Below, in pieces: positions 1 through 14,300 of a stretch of DNA of 64,000 nucleotides. A program made the translations under genes and the position numbers. Below the pieces are notes generated by a model, which did no database searches, was not told the DNA's origin, and saw only the letters and a program-made list of their open reading frames with translations. Position 1 is the stretch's first letter. The number at the start of each line of letters is the position of its first letter. Source of the stretch: Lingula anatina (taxonomy: Eukaryota; Animalia; Brachiopoda); the NCBI GenBank assembly GCA_051362555.1, contig CM120641.1:35904401-35968400 (forward strand), given 5' to 3'.

Positions 1-1341
1 ACAAGGCTTTAGGGCTTGTAATTGGAATATAGACATAAATGAGCCCATATGCCACTTTTCATTTAGTCGAATCTGTGCAGCATGTAATGTCTTTTTAATA
101 GCTTGATGTTTTAATTAGCTCCAATCTGATTAATTTGCCCGCGGCTGTATTGTAGAGGATATCGAGACAATTTTTCCTCACTGAAAAATATCGATATACT
201 ACTACAGTGCTTTGTGGAATGAGAAAGAATACTAAATATCTGGAAATTTATTTTACTCCCTGTTTCTTCGCAACATAATGAATGTATCTGTTACGAGTGA
301 GAGCGTAATGAAAAAGGGAAATTGTACCAATTTGTAATACACAAAACGTATTGGAATTTGTTGCTCTAAGAAAATAAAGACATAAATGAAGTTGTGTCTG
401 ACACGTAAATTGGCTATTTCCTAACGTGAAAATGTCCCCATAGAAGCTGCGAAAAACAGTGTATCTCGGAAATATATTTAATGCCGCGCACGTAATTGAT
501 AGAGACGAGAACTTTGCATGACACTGTTTTCTTCATTTTCTAATCTAAACAAGTAATGCGATTTCAATAGTTTTTTCCATTTGATTGGGTTTTCTCCAAA
601 TCGGTTTGTGACCAATAATGACTACTGAGACGGGCTACTGACGTAATACGGAGACCGCGATAACCTATGTACAATATTGGGTAAATTTGCAAAAATAGGG
701 GATTTTTTTATTTAAACTCCCAAAACAATTTAATATTCGCGAACAAGTCATCAACTGTTTTTGAAATATATGACTTTCAATGTAGTATTCCTTTATTTCA
801 ATTCAGAACAATAACTGTTTCGTCAGTGCAAGTCAGAAACTGTACTTCAGGACGGCAACAAACAGCAATCTTATTTTATTATTTTTTTATCTATCACTAT
901 TTTATTTTTAATTCAATTAATTAATTAATTTATGTATTTATTTATTTATTTTCTTATATTGATTTGAAAAAAACTTCTCATCAACATTTTTAAAACTCTT
1001 AACAGCATCCCAAGTCTTGCTATTGATTTGCAGACACTTAAGTAATACTATAAGTATTATTTGATGTTATGCCACATAAATATGAGAACAGATTGGTTTT
1101 TCTGAAAGGATGGCACACGGAAGGATTAAGTAAAATTTTCAGGGCCAGATGTGCTAAATGTCCATTCATTTAGAAAAGTTCACAGTTAAATACATTTTAA
1201 TATACATTAGGATTACCTTATTTTGCCAACAGTAATATAAGAGGTGCCATTACATTTCACTTATTGCATTGCCTTAAACATTCTTTTACGTCCTGTGATG
1301 ATTTAAGTTTTGACTTATTCTCAAAGAAAGGATCTCTGCCC

Positions 1342-1388
1342 AAATAAATAAATAAACAAACAAATAAATAAATAAATAATAAATAAAA
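1342..1388. repeat. Imperfect (TAAA)n tract
   Basis: Seen directly. Confidence 0.8.
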
Positions 1389-4300
1389 TCTGTGTCATAA
1401 AATCTGTAGGAAGTGCTATTGCTTGAACTAGGGAAATGGTTACATTTAAAAGGATAATAGTTTTCAACTAGCAATAACCACGCCTCGGATAAACCTCATT
1501 GGCTATAGGAAGTAAATAAGAAGTGGAAACACCTTGGGATTTCATTCGATTCGACATTTCGAGATAGTATTTGACGGTGTACGTACATGTATTTTAATGA
1601 TGTCATGGAACCGAACACGCACGTCTTATTCTTCCACATTTTCAGATAAAGTGGATCTCTTTTACTTATCACATTTTATCAGCATTAAATTCATATTTCG
1701 ACATTTTTTCCTAGTACAATATTCCTCTAGTGGCACTACCCAAAAAGAAACTTAATGCCCACGAATCTCAAGACACCGTTAACACTTAGGGGCGTTTCTA
1801 TATTTTGGTAACTGTTGAGCAAAAATCAAAAAGTCCAACAGTGATAGGCCTACCAATAAATTGAAAAATGCTCAGGACAAAGTAACATGGCATTTATTAA
1901 TGGGCAGCGGGAAGACCACCGAGCGGTACGGTAAATAATAGTAATGCGGGCACTGGATTACTATATCTTAATACAATGGGAAGACTAAGAAATCATACAG
2001 TATACTTGCATCCTTGGGAGGCAGACACTATGTCAGAGAGGATCCAGGATGCCAATTAACACAGTTAGTTATGGACGTACTTGTATAAGCCGAATGCGGG
2101 TCGCTTAGAATAATATAATGGGGCTGCCGACTTAACTGTTCAAGACCCACTGTGTAAATGGTAGTATTCTTTCCCACTCAGATCAGCGTTGGGTGATGTG
2201 TTTTTTGGTGCATGAAAATTTTATCTTAAACTGAGCGATTCGATCGGCAAAAAATAGAAGTGTCCTAATCCTAATTCAAGTGTTGAAAAGATTGCGAAAA
2301 CGATAGACTACTGAGATGCTGTACGCAACGTAGCCCCAAAGAAACTAGTAGACTAGTGCACTTTGAGCAAAGACAAGGAAAATTGCCAACGACAAGGCAA
2401 AATGAAGTCGCATATTCGTATTTTTGGACATAGAAAAGATACTTTGTGTACCTCAGGAAGAAATCAGCAGTGGATGTTATATTATATTTAAAAGAATTCC
2501 CCATAGATCTGAGACTATCTCACTTAGGCCGTTATTTTCTTATCACTGAGCGATAAAACATATCACTTATTGTGTTACTGACAGCCTCATCTCTCTTGGA
2601 TTGTAATAGCCGGTCGTTTATCGTAGAAGCCCCAACCGACTACGCAGTGAGTTTGAACTGAAAAAAATAAAGAAAATTACATTACAGTAATCAAATGCGC
2701 GTGTGTATGTCGAATTTTCGGATTATATTTCTCGCTCTTTGACATTGCCTTTTATTCCTACATTCCACTCCAACAAACTACAGTGCCTGTGGCTGACTGT
2801 CTTTTCAATTTTCTTATCTACGACAGTGACTGTGCAGCCAACCTGATCCCAGCCCCGCCAAAACTTGACAGTCACGAAACCCCTCAAAATAAATAGTAGG
2901 ATTGTAAATTGAATTCGAATGAATTGCCTGCTAGGGGAGATAGTTCGTAAACAATACATGTGAACTGATACCCCCTTCACATAAAGGTGATCATCTCCTT
3001 TATCGTTATAATCTACCTAACGTAAAGGAGTCGATTTTTTTAGCCAATTTAATTTCAAAGGGAAAAAAGAGACAGAATTGCGCTCGGGCGTCGTTTTGTA
3101 AGCTCTTTTATGAATATATTTTAAAAGATTATACCCTGTCTAGCCTTAAAAGGCATATGATGGAAAAAAAACTGTAAAAACTTGATTTAAACAACTGTGG
3201 TGACTCTCAAAAAAGCACTAATTTCTAAGCCGAAAAAATAGAAAAACATAGGAACTCTTAGCAAAACTTTAAAACTGTTTTTACAATATCTCGAATCTAA
3301 CACCAATGTCTGTTTTACAGTGCCAGGCTTTCCGTATAGATCAGAAAATATTCCATGTATGAACTCTAGCGGCCTAATTGACTGAAAGAATTTTAAGTTT
3401 AAATGTCGAAAAAGAAGTATATGATCCTCTGCGTGAAAGAAGAAAGAAGATAGATGAGGGGATAAATTACAGATGTGACAATATGGAATTGAAAACATTA
3501 AGAAAATCGCCCCGAAAAAAAATTATATAATGAAAAGCAACATAATTGAGCATTAACCCTTAAAAGTGTTTAGTACCAAGCAGCTCCACAGTGCCTAGAA
3601 TGTCACTTTAAAATAGAGACACTAAAATTGGCAGATTACCATCACTTTAAGTCACTTGCTTTTCAAAGGATAATTGGGTATGTGTATCTGTTGGTGGAAA
3701 ATCATAGGGTATAACATGACTCCAAATTATAGAAAATTGTTGTTTAAATTTGTGCGTCTATCACCGTCTTACAGCCCGAAGGTTTTATTTAACTGTGTAA
3801 CACCCCTACGCAGTTCAGGAATGTATCAAATTTAAAATTCACACAGAGTGTAGTCGGCTATTGAAACATAACTGAAGGCTTATAGTTATGCAAGCGGAAG
3901 GAGAACATTTGACTATTTAAAGGGAATTTTTTAAAATACGCCCGATTACGCGGAATACTACGCTTATAACAAAATGTGCCATAACATCTTTAGGTAAAGA
4001 AATATGTAGTCACATTTTTAAATAAATATATATTCATATTTACAGATGCCTCGATTGTTATTTTAAAACCCGCAGACAAAATGTTCATTTATGTAATTTC
4101 AAAGCAGATGAAAACATCACTCGCCAATCATTGTCCTTTGTGCCCTTTAAGTTCTTCAAGTTGGAGGAATACGTTTCCAATACACAAATATTGATTCGGT
4201 AGCGGCTTTGCCACCGGCTGCGGATGACGAGTGTTTAGCTGACGGATGTTCACCTATGCATGATATGCAGTAGTTAATTAACTGCATGTCAAAGAAAATT

Positions 4301-7300
4301 ACACATGTAAATGGCTTTTCTTACAAATCAGTATATATATCGTTAAGTCCAAAATTACGAAAGAATTTTCTAACAGACCCCCAAATTATTAGTCGGATCA
4401 ATCGTTAGTTGGCTAATTCAACATCGAACGTATTTGGGGTAAGCGGATGCCGGCATGGAAAAGCCCTTCTGTTTTTTATGATCACGAATTCAATGCTGAC
4501 AGCATATAGGGAACTATTCGTTCATCGAATTCTGAATATAATAGACAATATGCAAAAACTTAACGGCATTGTCTATTTCGCTGTGTATAGTTGGGGCAGT
4601 TAGAACTTGGGCGAGTCCGTTCTAAAACTGCCGGCCAAAAACTAACTGATCTTCCTCTTTCTCGTCAACAAGGTAGCGGTGTGAATTACCCGAGTTTACG
4701 CTCTCTGTGCCCATCAATCATTTTAGCACGCAAGAGGCAGCATTTAGAGGAGACAGTAAGTCATTTCATGCAGGCAGATGTCATTAGAAAACAAATCAAT
4801 TCGGCAACGCTATGTTCTCGCCACTAGCACTCATTGATCAGAAATGACATGGGTTTTTTGTAGATCAGGTTTCCCCGCCGCGGGCGCCCGTGTCTTTCTC
4901 CATACACCGCCACCGTACGGACAATGGGCAGGCGATATTCGATCGGGTTTGTTTATCAAACAGTTTAGTGGTCGACAATAGGTAAAATTCAATTATACTC
5001 CTTAGCTTCCTCTCTCGCATGGATGTAACGCCAGCGAAAAGAGCAGGTATCACGCGAAGGCAGTCTTCCGCACTAAGCAGCCAGAAATCCTGGCGCCTTC
5101 ATTCCATTTATCTATTGTCCTACCTTCGACTAGCTTTTTTTCGGCAATCCGAAATTACTTAAATTGTGTTTCTTTCTAGATGATTAAGGTGCATGGTGCA
5201 TTTAGTAAGCAAGTGGCGCTCCAACTACCAGGTTGCACTCTTGCACCCGTGATGTCGGGATATAACCGTTGCTATACAAGTGGAACCCAGATTTTGATAT
5301 CGCATTATTGAAACGACAAGTTTTTTTTTTTTTCGATTCTCTGATTGTCAGTTATTTTTTCATACGTGATCCCTATGATTAAACACAGCTCAACCATTTA
5401 AAAGGATCCAAAATAATCAATTGAAATTTGTCTCCTTCAGATAAACAATTGAATTATTTACGGTATCCTGAAAAAAGCAATATTAATTTCAATGTAAATG
5501 GCGAAAGTCAAACAAATCACAGTATCGATTATTGTCAGAGCTCATTAATGCAGATATTAATTAATAGCTAGAGAATGTCAAACCCGAGTTTACGGTCTAA
5601 AGTCAGAGGATCACGAGGCATTCTCTAGAGAGAGGCTTACAGAAAAATACCCGCAATAGAAATGTCATTAATACTAATGAGAGCAAATAAGCCGTTTGAT
5701 CCTAAGTCGGGTTAGAAAGAACGCCATTTCGTAAAACCAACAGATGAAAGGAAATTTAATTATAAGTTAACTTCTCATCTCTCTGTTCTTGACTTATCTT
5801 TTCTTTGCAAAGACTGACACAAGTTCTTAGCGTTTGACGCGATTGTTTTGAAGCGAAAGTTCTAAATGCTAAATAGATGCCGGATATCCATTTCTTTACT
5901 ACTGAAGCTGTTTTATGTGTCATGTTATTTGACATGCAATCTAATGGAAACTGAACGTTGAAGCGATGGGAATGTCATTCAACGTGGACTTGTATGACAA
6001 ATTGCGGTTAAAAGCACCGCTTACGAAAGTATGTTCACAAGAAAATAAAAATGAAAAATAACCCCTTGAGCTATTCTGAAAAAAATAATAACGATAAGAC
6101 AGGCTTTTTAATTACAAAACAATCCAAGAGATATAACTGTCACTCCCTTGTCAACTTACTAAACGCATCCCCTTAATTTGGCATAGGTAGCATAACAATA
6201 GGGAGGAAGTTCTTAAATTTCACTTTTCACATTTCAGGTAACGGGGGCCTGAGAAAAGAGGGTCGAACCCCAAATTTGGCTGTCTTGAGGAATTATTTTC
6301 TCATTATAGCGTGTCACCTCGCCTCATCAGAAAGAAGATTAATGTTGCAATTAGCAGTCATTTGTTATCCCAATGATTGTGATCTGAGCTGAAATGACTG
6401 TATTATCGTGACTTCGTAATCTGTGCAGTGACAACACTATCCTCTAAGGGTGGTCGGGGGTAGAAGATGAAGGACAGAAGAGATAGGGAGTTAGAGAGGG
6501 GTGGAATGAAGGAAGGAAAGAAAGAATAGAGGGATAAAACATACTTCTTCGATAAGTAAGAAATTGTTATCTTACAGACCGAGAAAGTCGCTACATTGTA
6601 CATGTATGAATCAGACAATTTACACCATTTTCATCATGGAAATAATTCAACAATATGTAGCTCCTTCGGTGACTTGAAATCTATTCAAAGGAGTTTCAAG
6701 ATTGTGCATCAACTTTTCTGCGTTTTATATATAATTGACTTGCCGTTCTTACTACGTGATTAAAATGTTTTTCTGGTAGCAACATACGCATTTCTCGACT
6801 AAAACCCAAGACTGCTATATTTTCAACAGTTTTCCGTTGTTTTCAAATGTACCACACTTACCTTCTGTGTGCAAACTAAACATAACAAGTGAAAAAAAAT
6901 TCCCCCGTGGATTGATTTCTAAATAACACTGCGTAGGATTTCCCAATATCGCTTTCTTCTCGTACATTGACTTCAATCTATTTGCAACTCCCCCTAACTT
7001 TTGCTACAATAAAAAAGTAAAATGGTAAAAGTCAATGACATTGCTACAGAAGGTTATTTATCAGGTGATATAGGCCTACACATTGGAACCGCGTGCTAAA
7101 ATATAGGCCCATCAAACAAATTCCAAGCATTTATACTATCTCGACGTATAACCGACACTATTACATATATACGGCATAAATAAAGAAAAGAATATTATAC
7201 ATCGAAAAATATAAATGTAGTGCGGCATTTAGTGACCTATGCCATAACCCATCCATCATAATCAGTGATAAATTTCGACTCGTGTGAATTGCCGGTTATC

Positions 7301-7690
7301 TTATTACACAATCCAGAAAACAATCACCTGAGATATCTGTTCTTTTGTTAAATGCACAATATTAGCCAACAAGGCGAGACGTATCAAATTTATATTAGAA
7401 ATGATAGAACCCATATATTTTGCATCTTTAATGTCACTTAGTTTTGTCGACAATTATATAGGCAGATTGAGTAAAATGTACTCGCGCCGTTTTGTTTGGA
7501 TGACAGGAGTTTGACATCGATTGTGTTGGTTGTGATATGAGCACATCCAACTGTATTTTCTTCAAGACCAATATTACTATAAAAAAAATAAAGAAAGAAA
7601 AAAACATACAAAATCCACAACACAAACACTACTGAACCTTCCAGCCTCCTCCATACATCATATTGATAATGGTTTAAGTATATCATGGTA

Positions 7691-7696
7691 TTTATT
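7691..7696 (-). terminator. Candidate poly(A) signal of the giant gene
   Basis: AATAAA on the minus strand ~620 nt after the stop, followed by a GT/T-rich stretch (minus strand of ~7585-7630). Other AATAAA copies exist, e.g. 7903-7908. Confidence 0.35.
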
Positions 7697-8317
7697 AAAA
7701 TAAGTCAAATTTTTAAAAATTCTCTTGTGCATTATCAAATATACATTTTAGGTCAATCTGAAGAATTAGCCAGTTATATTTCTTAAATGTGCCCATTTTC
7801 CTATCGAAATAAACCTCAGTATGGCATACTTCAATTATAAGTTAGCTTTTGGAAGATTTTTTTAATACACACAAAAACAAATTTTATGTATGAGTTGTGA
7901 CATTTATTTACTTTTATAAAATGAAGCAATACATTCAATAAAGCATAAGCACATTTTGTGGGCAAAGTGCAAAACCTCACAAAAAACAGGTACATTACAT
8001 GACATAAGATAAAAGAACTAACATCTGCTAACAAAAATTGAGTGAAGAGTTGCCTTCCTCATGACGCAGATAAAAAAAAAAAGTACAGATAATGTATGAA
8101 ATATAAATTTCTATATTATCATTAAATATTACTCTTATGCATTTCTTGGATAATATTTAGACCAATTCTTTTCAAAAGACTGTACAATTTGTGCAATTCA
8201 ATTATAATATGCAGCTTTAATTAAAATATCAGACATTAGTAAATAATAAATTAAAGTTCAATCTATGAAGTGTTTTTTTAATCATTAATAACCATGTATT
8301 TGTAAATGTTTTTTTCC

Positions 8318-11300
8318 TCAGAATTGGGTATTCTTGTCATCAGTTGGTCTTCGTAGAGGAATCTGAATAATTGTCCTTGAGGGAGACTCTGGTCCTTCAT
8401 CAGGTAATAATTCTGGATCAAAAACTGGGTTATCTGTCTCAACAATTTGCACTCTGGTCAGATCAGGCGATGCCGCTGCACTGTCACCTTCTACACCACT
8501 GTGTCGTTCATAGCCACTTTGGCGGGAACTCCATCGTGACCATGAGCTGCGTGGTGAAAACCCTTTGGACATAAATGTGCCCTGGCTTTGGTCAAATGGT
8601 GCATATGCAGAAGCTTCTCTGAGGTTTGGTTCTTCCCAAGTTGTTGAACGGGTGAGCCGCTTCTTGCGATGATGCCTGACAATGATGAAGATGATAATGC
8701 ATACCACCAATAATACCCCTGCCAGCACTGCTGCAACAACTAATCCAACAGGGAATGCTTCGTCTTGTTTCGCTGGGCCTTCACATGCATCGAAGTAATC
8801 TTTTAGAGGGCATGCTTCCAAGGCTAAAGTGTTTTGACAGTAGAATGAGAACATGGCGGCAGTTTCATTTTTTGTTGCTACGTTGATGCAAGCTTGGTGG
8901 TAAAATTCTAATGATGCTGAGAGGTCACTGCAGTGCTCTTGTATCGCCCCCTGCCTGTAGAGAGCATCACACATTTCAGTCGTATTTCCAGTAGGCCCTG
9001 TATTTGGCACAGGTACACTGCGATCTCTGTAAGGCACTGCTGATACTGCCCACTTGATCTTTTCTGCAGTTATTTTCATTGCCAAGACTGAGGTCTGTTC
9101 ACTGAGGTACACTATACCTTGTGTTGTTTCTCCATATCCTTCATCCAGTGGCAAAGAAAGAAGAAGACCTGGTCTGTATATGGTATTATACTTCTGTGAA
9201 TTACTTTCAACCTGGGTCAAAGTTTTTGCATACTGCCATATTTCAATGTTGTCTAAAACAATAGGACTCACTGCTGCTGTGTCACCCAATTCAACCCCAG
9301 TGATTGTGATAATGTTGTTTATGGCAACAGCATACACATCTGACGATGAGACGTTTCGCTGATCAAACACGCCTAGCACCAGTCTTCCATCCGAGGCCCT
9401 CCATGTCACTGAGACATGCACCCAGTCAATAACCTCCACTGTTGTTCCCAAAGTGTTATCTTGCCACTTCACTGTTACACCATTGCCTGTGGCTGTCATA
9501 GTTAAGTCTGATGCATTGGTCTGTAGTTTTAACAGCTGGATCATGTTTTGAGTGTCTGACAGTGAGAATTTTACCCAGAAGGAAACTGTGAACTCCTTAA
9601 GTGACATGCTTGGTATCCCTCCTGTGTGTTTCACTGACCCCTTGGTAACAGATAATGCATATCCATTGTTCACAGCACTATCTCTGCTATCCATAGGAGT
9701 TTTAAAATATCTGCCTGATGAGCCAACAGCAGTGCTGCCAGAGACAACGGTGTCAATGTAGGTCTGATTTAGCAGATGTGGCTGCAATTTGACATCAGAG
9801 AACCCCAGGAGCCCCTTTCCTCCCTTTGATAGGACATCTGAAATGATCACTCCCAAGAATAACTCATTATGTGTGAGAGCAACAAAAACATTAATGTCTG
9901 CATCAGTGACTGTAATTTTGACCAGGCCTGCCTTTTCCCATTTCACCACTAGGTCTGAAGTGCTGTCCATTCCAGAGTAGCTGATATCTGACCATTCTGT
10001 TTCCCCTTTCTTGACACTGACTGATATATGATCTAGTGTTTCTATCTGCACTGATGTTATGGTGGAACCAGCCTTCACTGCAACACCTGTCATCTTTCTA
10101 CAGGACAAATCATTTACACAGGGTGCAAACACTGCTTGGATGGTGACCTTCACAGGACCTTCAACATACAGCATATCATAAGGGCCAAGTGTAGTCATAG
10201 TGAATGATAATCCATTAAACGTAGTGATGTAATTTCCAAATGCCATGGCTGTGGTGGTTTTCAGTACCTTGGTTCTGTTTTGTATTGCCAGGGAGCAGTC
10301 AGAGCCATTCCATCCTGGGGAGCACTCAGCACAGTCTTCTCCCTGCCAATGAGCAGTGCAGTTACAGACACCAGACAATGAGGAGCATGATCCATGTCCT
10401 GAACATGATCCATGTCCTGGACATACCTCACTACACTCAGAACCCCAGAACCCTGGATTACACTCACATGTATTGTTGATATATTTTCCAAAAACACAGT
10501 TTGTGGTGCACACCTCATTATTAACAGCATCAACTGAGGATTGGCTGCATGGAGACACCAACGGACTTATGGTAAGGTTGAAATTTAGTTGACAGTAATC
10601 TGATATTTCAGCAACAGAATCAGGTACTTCAGTATAACCGTGGGCAAGGAAGTCATCCACACACCTGTGGTGATAGTAAATCACCATGGATTTGTCTAAG
10701 CCTGAGCAGTGCTGGGTCCAATTGGTTCCAGTGAAAATTTCGCTACAGATTTCCCTGGCTCTTACTCTTAACACTGGGTCTCGAGTTGAAGTTGGATGGA
10801 CAAAGAGCCCTTTGTCATTAGACAGGTGAAGATCAGATGGCATGGTTTCAATATCAAACCAAGAAGATACAGAATCCAATGTGTGATGTTTTTCTATGCT
10901 CTCTTGGATTTCCCCATTTCTCACTGGCCACCACATCTTTAAACCATCTGTCATTGGACTGACATGTGCCTTCCAAGAATCTCGTACCACTGATGGGTTC
11001 ATTGGTCTTGTCCACACTCTGAGCTCATCAATCAATCCATAGAATGTTGGTCTTTCTAATGGTGTGTGGATAGATGCAGGGGCATACCACTGTCCAAGAG
11101 TAAGAGTCCCGTTTGCTGGAAATGCATCTCTTTGCCAGGCAACAGTCTCCACATTGAGTTCCCCAGCTGGAGAGATAAGGTACACATTGAGGACTTTCTG
11201 ATTGTTATCCAACACCAGCACCAGCTGATTCCACAAATGGAGCTGCATCTTGAGACCAGTCTGGATCAAAGTGGCATCATTCTGGATCTTCAGTCCTGAT

Positions 11301-14300
11301 GCAGTATCATACACTGCCAAAATTGATTCTGTGGCATACATGAGGATAATACCTCCATGGGACTCTGGCCTGACAAGAAGCTCTACTGACAATGGAGAAT
11401 CTAATGGAAAGACAACTGATTCTGCAGTTACCCCAGTGCCACTGAAGCTCATGGCCAAACCAGCATTTGTGTATGGTTCAGAACTGATAGTCTGGTCACC
11501 CTGGGCATCAGAGTGCAAAAATTGTTCAGTGTATGTTTTTATGGTCTCTGATGTTATTTCTTTACTGCAGGTATACGATGAGGATGAACATATCTCTTCA
11601 TTGGTGTAGTTACATGGTGATTGCATGATTGCTTTTTGAGTATTACAGCTATGCATTAGTCCAGTCAAATGGGATGCTGTTCTTTCAGTTGTCACAATGG
11701 TAAGTGCCAGGCTGTATCTAGTTGCTCTTATCTTGAGTTTCATGTCATCATCCACGGTGGTCAATATTACAGTATGCTTGTCTTGTCTTATAAGAGTAAT
11801 ATTTTCAAATGTTTCAGAATGGTTGATCACCACCTTCTTCTCATCGACCCATATAAAGGGAGACACTTCTTGTAGCCCAGCTCTCCCTAATGTGTAGGTC
11901 TTGTTGTAATTGTGCATCCTTACTGCAAGTACACAAGAGGAGATATCATTTGTAGGGCACATCCCAAACTTTACTGACAATGTGAAGTCATCGGCACTGC
12001 TATTGAGTACTGTGTACCAACCAACAGATTGAACCTGAAATATTGCTCCATCAAATGTAGTAACATGGCCTTGTGCTCCAATCTGTCCTATGATGCCATG
12101 ATTGGGGATTACAAGGAGAGAACAGTCCTCCCCATGCACATTAGATGAACACACGCTGCAGTCTGTTCCATTCCAGTTAACATTACACTGACATACCCCA
12201 TTGTCTAAACATATTCCATTGCCACTGCAAGGTTTGGGAAAGTTTCCTGCACACATTCTGTCACACTGCTGTCCCCAAAATCCATTAAAACACTGGCATT
12301 GTCCAGAACTATCTAACAAGCCAAAGTGACATTTGTTGCATTTTGATTGTAGCCAAATAGGCGATTCTGTGGTATGATTACATATGTTCAGTGCATTTCT
12401 GTCAAAGCTGAATGAACACCAATTGGCGATGGTTGCTATGGCTGGCATTGCTGCTTCCAGGGTGTCTGTTATTGCTACTTCTTTAATACACTCCAGGTAA
12501 AGGAATTCTTTTATTGGAACTGAAGCCTCTGAACATGCCAAAGAGTTGACGTAAGTATGACATCTGTTCACTGCCTGTATTCTCAGTGTTTCATTATGGA
12601 ACACATAATTGTTTGGTTTTGAAACCAAAGTTGACACATACGCATTTGAAAGTTTCCACTGTGGAGATGTCCATGGTTTGGAAGGTAGCATGATGTCAGC
12701 TGCTGTAGTGCCATCAGCAGCTACATATCCACTGCCTGTATTGAAGTTGTACACATGCAACAGATCTGTGTAAAAACTTTCTGGATAGACATCTAAAGCA
12801 TACAGCTGATACACCATAGCAGGAACAAAGTGTTTCTTCCATATATTTAATCTGTCTATCATACCATGGAAGGTCATGTCAAGGTTATAGGTATGTCCAT
12901 CTGGTGCTGGTAACAACTGACCAAGTGCAATTCTTCCTGCTGGCTGAAAGACTTCTTGATGTACTTTGATGGTGCTTCTTGTAAGGTTAGTTGATGAAGT
13001 GAAATGGTAAAAGTCTAAGACTTGTGCTTCCCTGTCATACACTAGAATGATCTGATTCCACTCATTTAGCTGAACTTGACTGTTTGTTGAGTATGTAGTT
13101 TTGTTGAAATGCAAAGTTACACTAGGGGTGTTTTCAATGGCAAAGCTACTCTGTCCTGCATAAGAGAAAATGATTCCGCCAAACTGCTCTGCCTTGAATG
13201 TTAGCGAGATAGTAACATATGCACCAGCAATGTCCGTAGAGAAGATATGTATTGACTGATCTGTAAGTCCATCTGTGTTATTGAAAGCAAGGGAATAACC
13301 AGCACTTGTTGAGGAGACAGGTATGTAATTCTCAAATAAGTTATCTGCCATAATTACAGCATGGTCTCTCATAACCAGTTCATTGATTTTCGATTGAGTG
13401 ATAGTGTTCAGATCAAGTGGCTGTAAATCATCATGTTGGTGTGAATTACATGTTCCCAAAAGGCCTCTATTCATAACACAGTTACTGACCACACTTTCTA
13501 CAAGAATGACCAAGCTGGCATCTTGAATATGGATGACAAGGTTCAATTTTGGATTTGCTATTCTGCTTTCATATAAGAAAGGTGTCTTCACATTTAACTC
13601 CCATTGTGGTGTTACATGTAGGGTTGTTCCAATAAATGTAGCTCTTTGTCCATTCACTAAGACATTGGCTTTTTCAACAGAGTTGTCCTCGTTGTTCAGC
13701 ATTATAGTCAGTTTATTGTCCTCAAACTGAATAGCTAAGCCTGTAATACAACTTGCCCTGTTGCAAAATGTTTTCTGTACCTGTACTTGTGGTGTTGAGA
13801 TGCCATTATTGTGAAGAAGCCAGTAGGTACCATACCCTTCAGGATGGAACAGCAAACCATCGGGTGTTTGGATTCCTCCTCTTGAGGTCACTAATGCTTT
13901 TCTTGTTTGCTGAGAGTCTATGGTGGGGTTGGTTGCCACACTGCAGTCATTACCAAGCCAATGGGGGGTACATATGTCACAAGCCAAGCTTCCTTGCCAG
14001 TTTACATCACATTCACATTGTCCTGTTACATTGCAATGACCATGTCCACTGCATATTCCTTTGCCATCTGTACCAGGGCAGGTGTTATCACAATATGTGC
14101 CATAGTGTCCAGGATCGCATTCACATTGTCCATTTATCAACTGCCCGTAGACACAGTGTAGGTTGCAATGAGAAATGTAATCCTTTACCAATGTTAAATT
14201 TGAACACATAGATTGTGCTGGCCAGGATGGTGGGTTCATAACATGGGAACAGTAGGTTGAGAAGCTCAGAAACAGTTGGTGACCACTGTCTACATTGGAT

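Noticed and set aside
3917-4150. Kolobok-like MITE (TTAA AGGG ... CCCT TTAA)
   Set aside because: The inverted match extends only 4 bp beyond TTAA, which is not enough without genome-wide copies.
1-8317. Short ORFs (60-103 aa) in the left 8 kb
   Set aside because: Low-complexity or random composition, no recognisable motifs, and no splice-consistent exon chain found.
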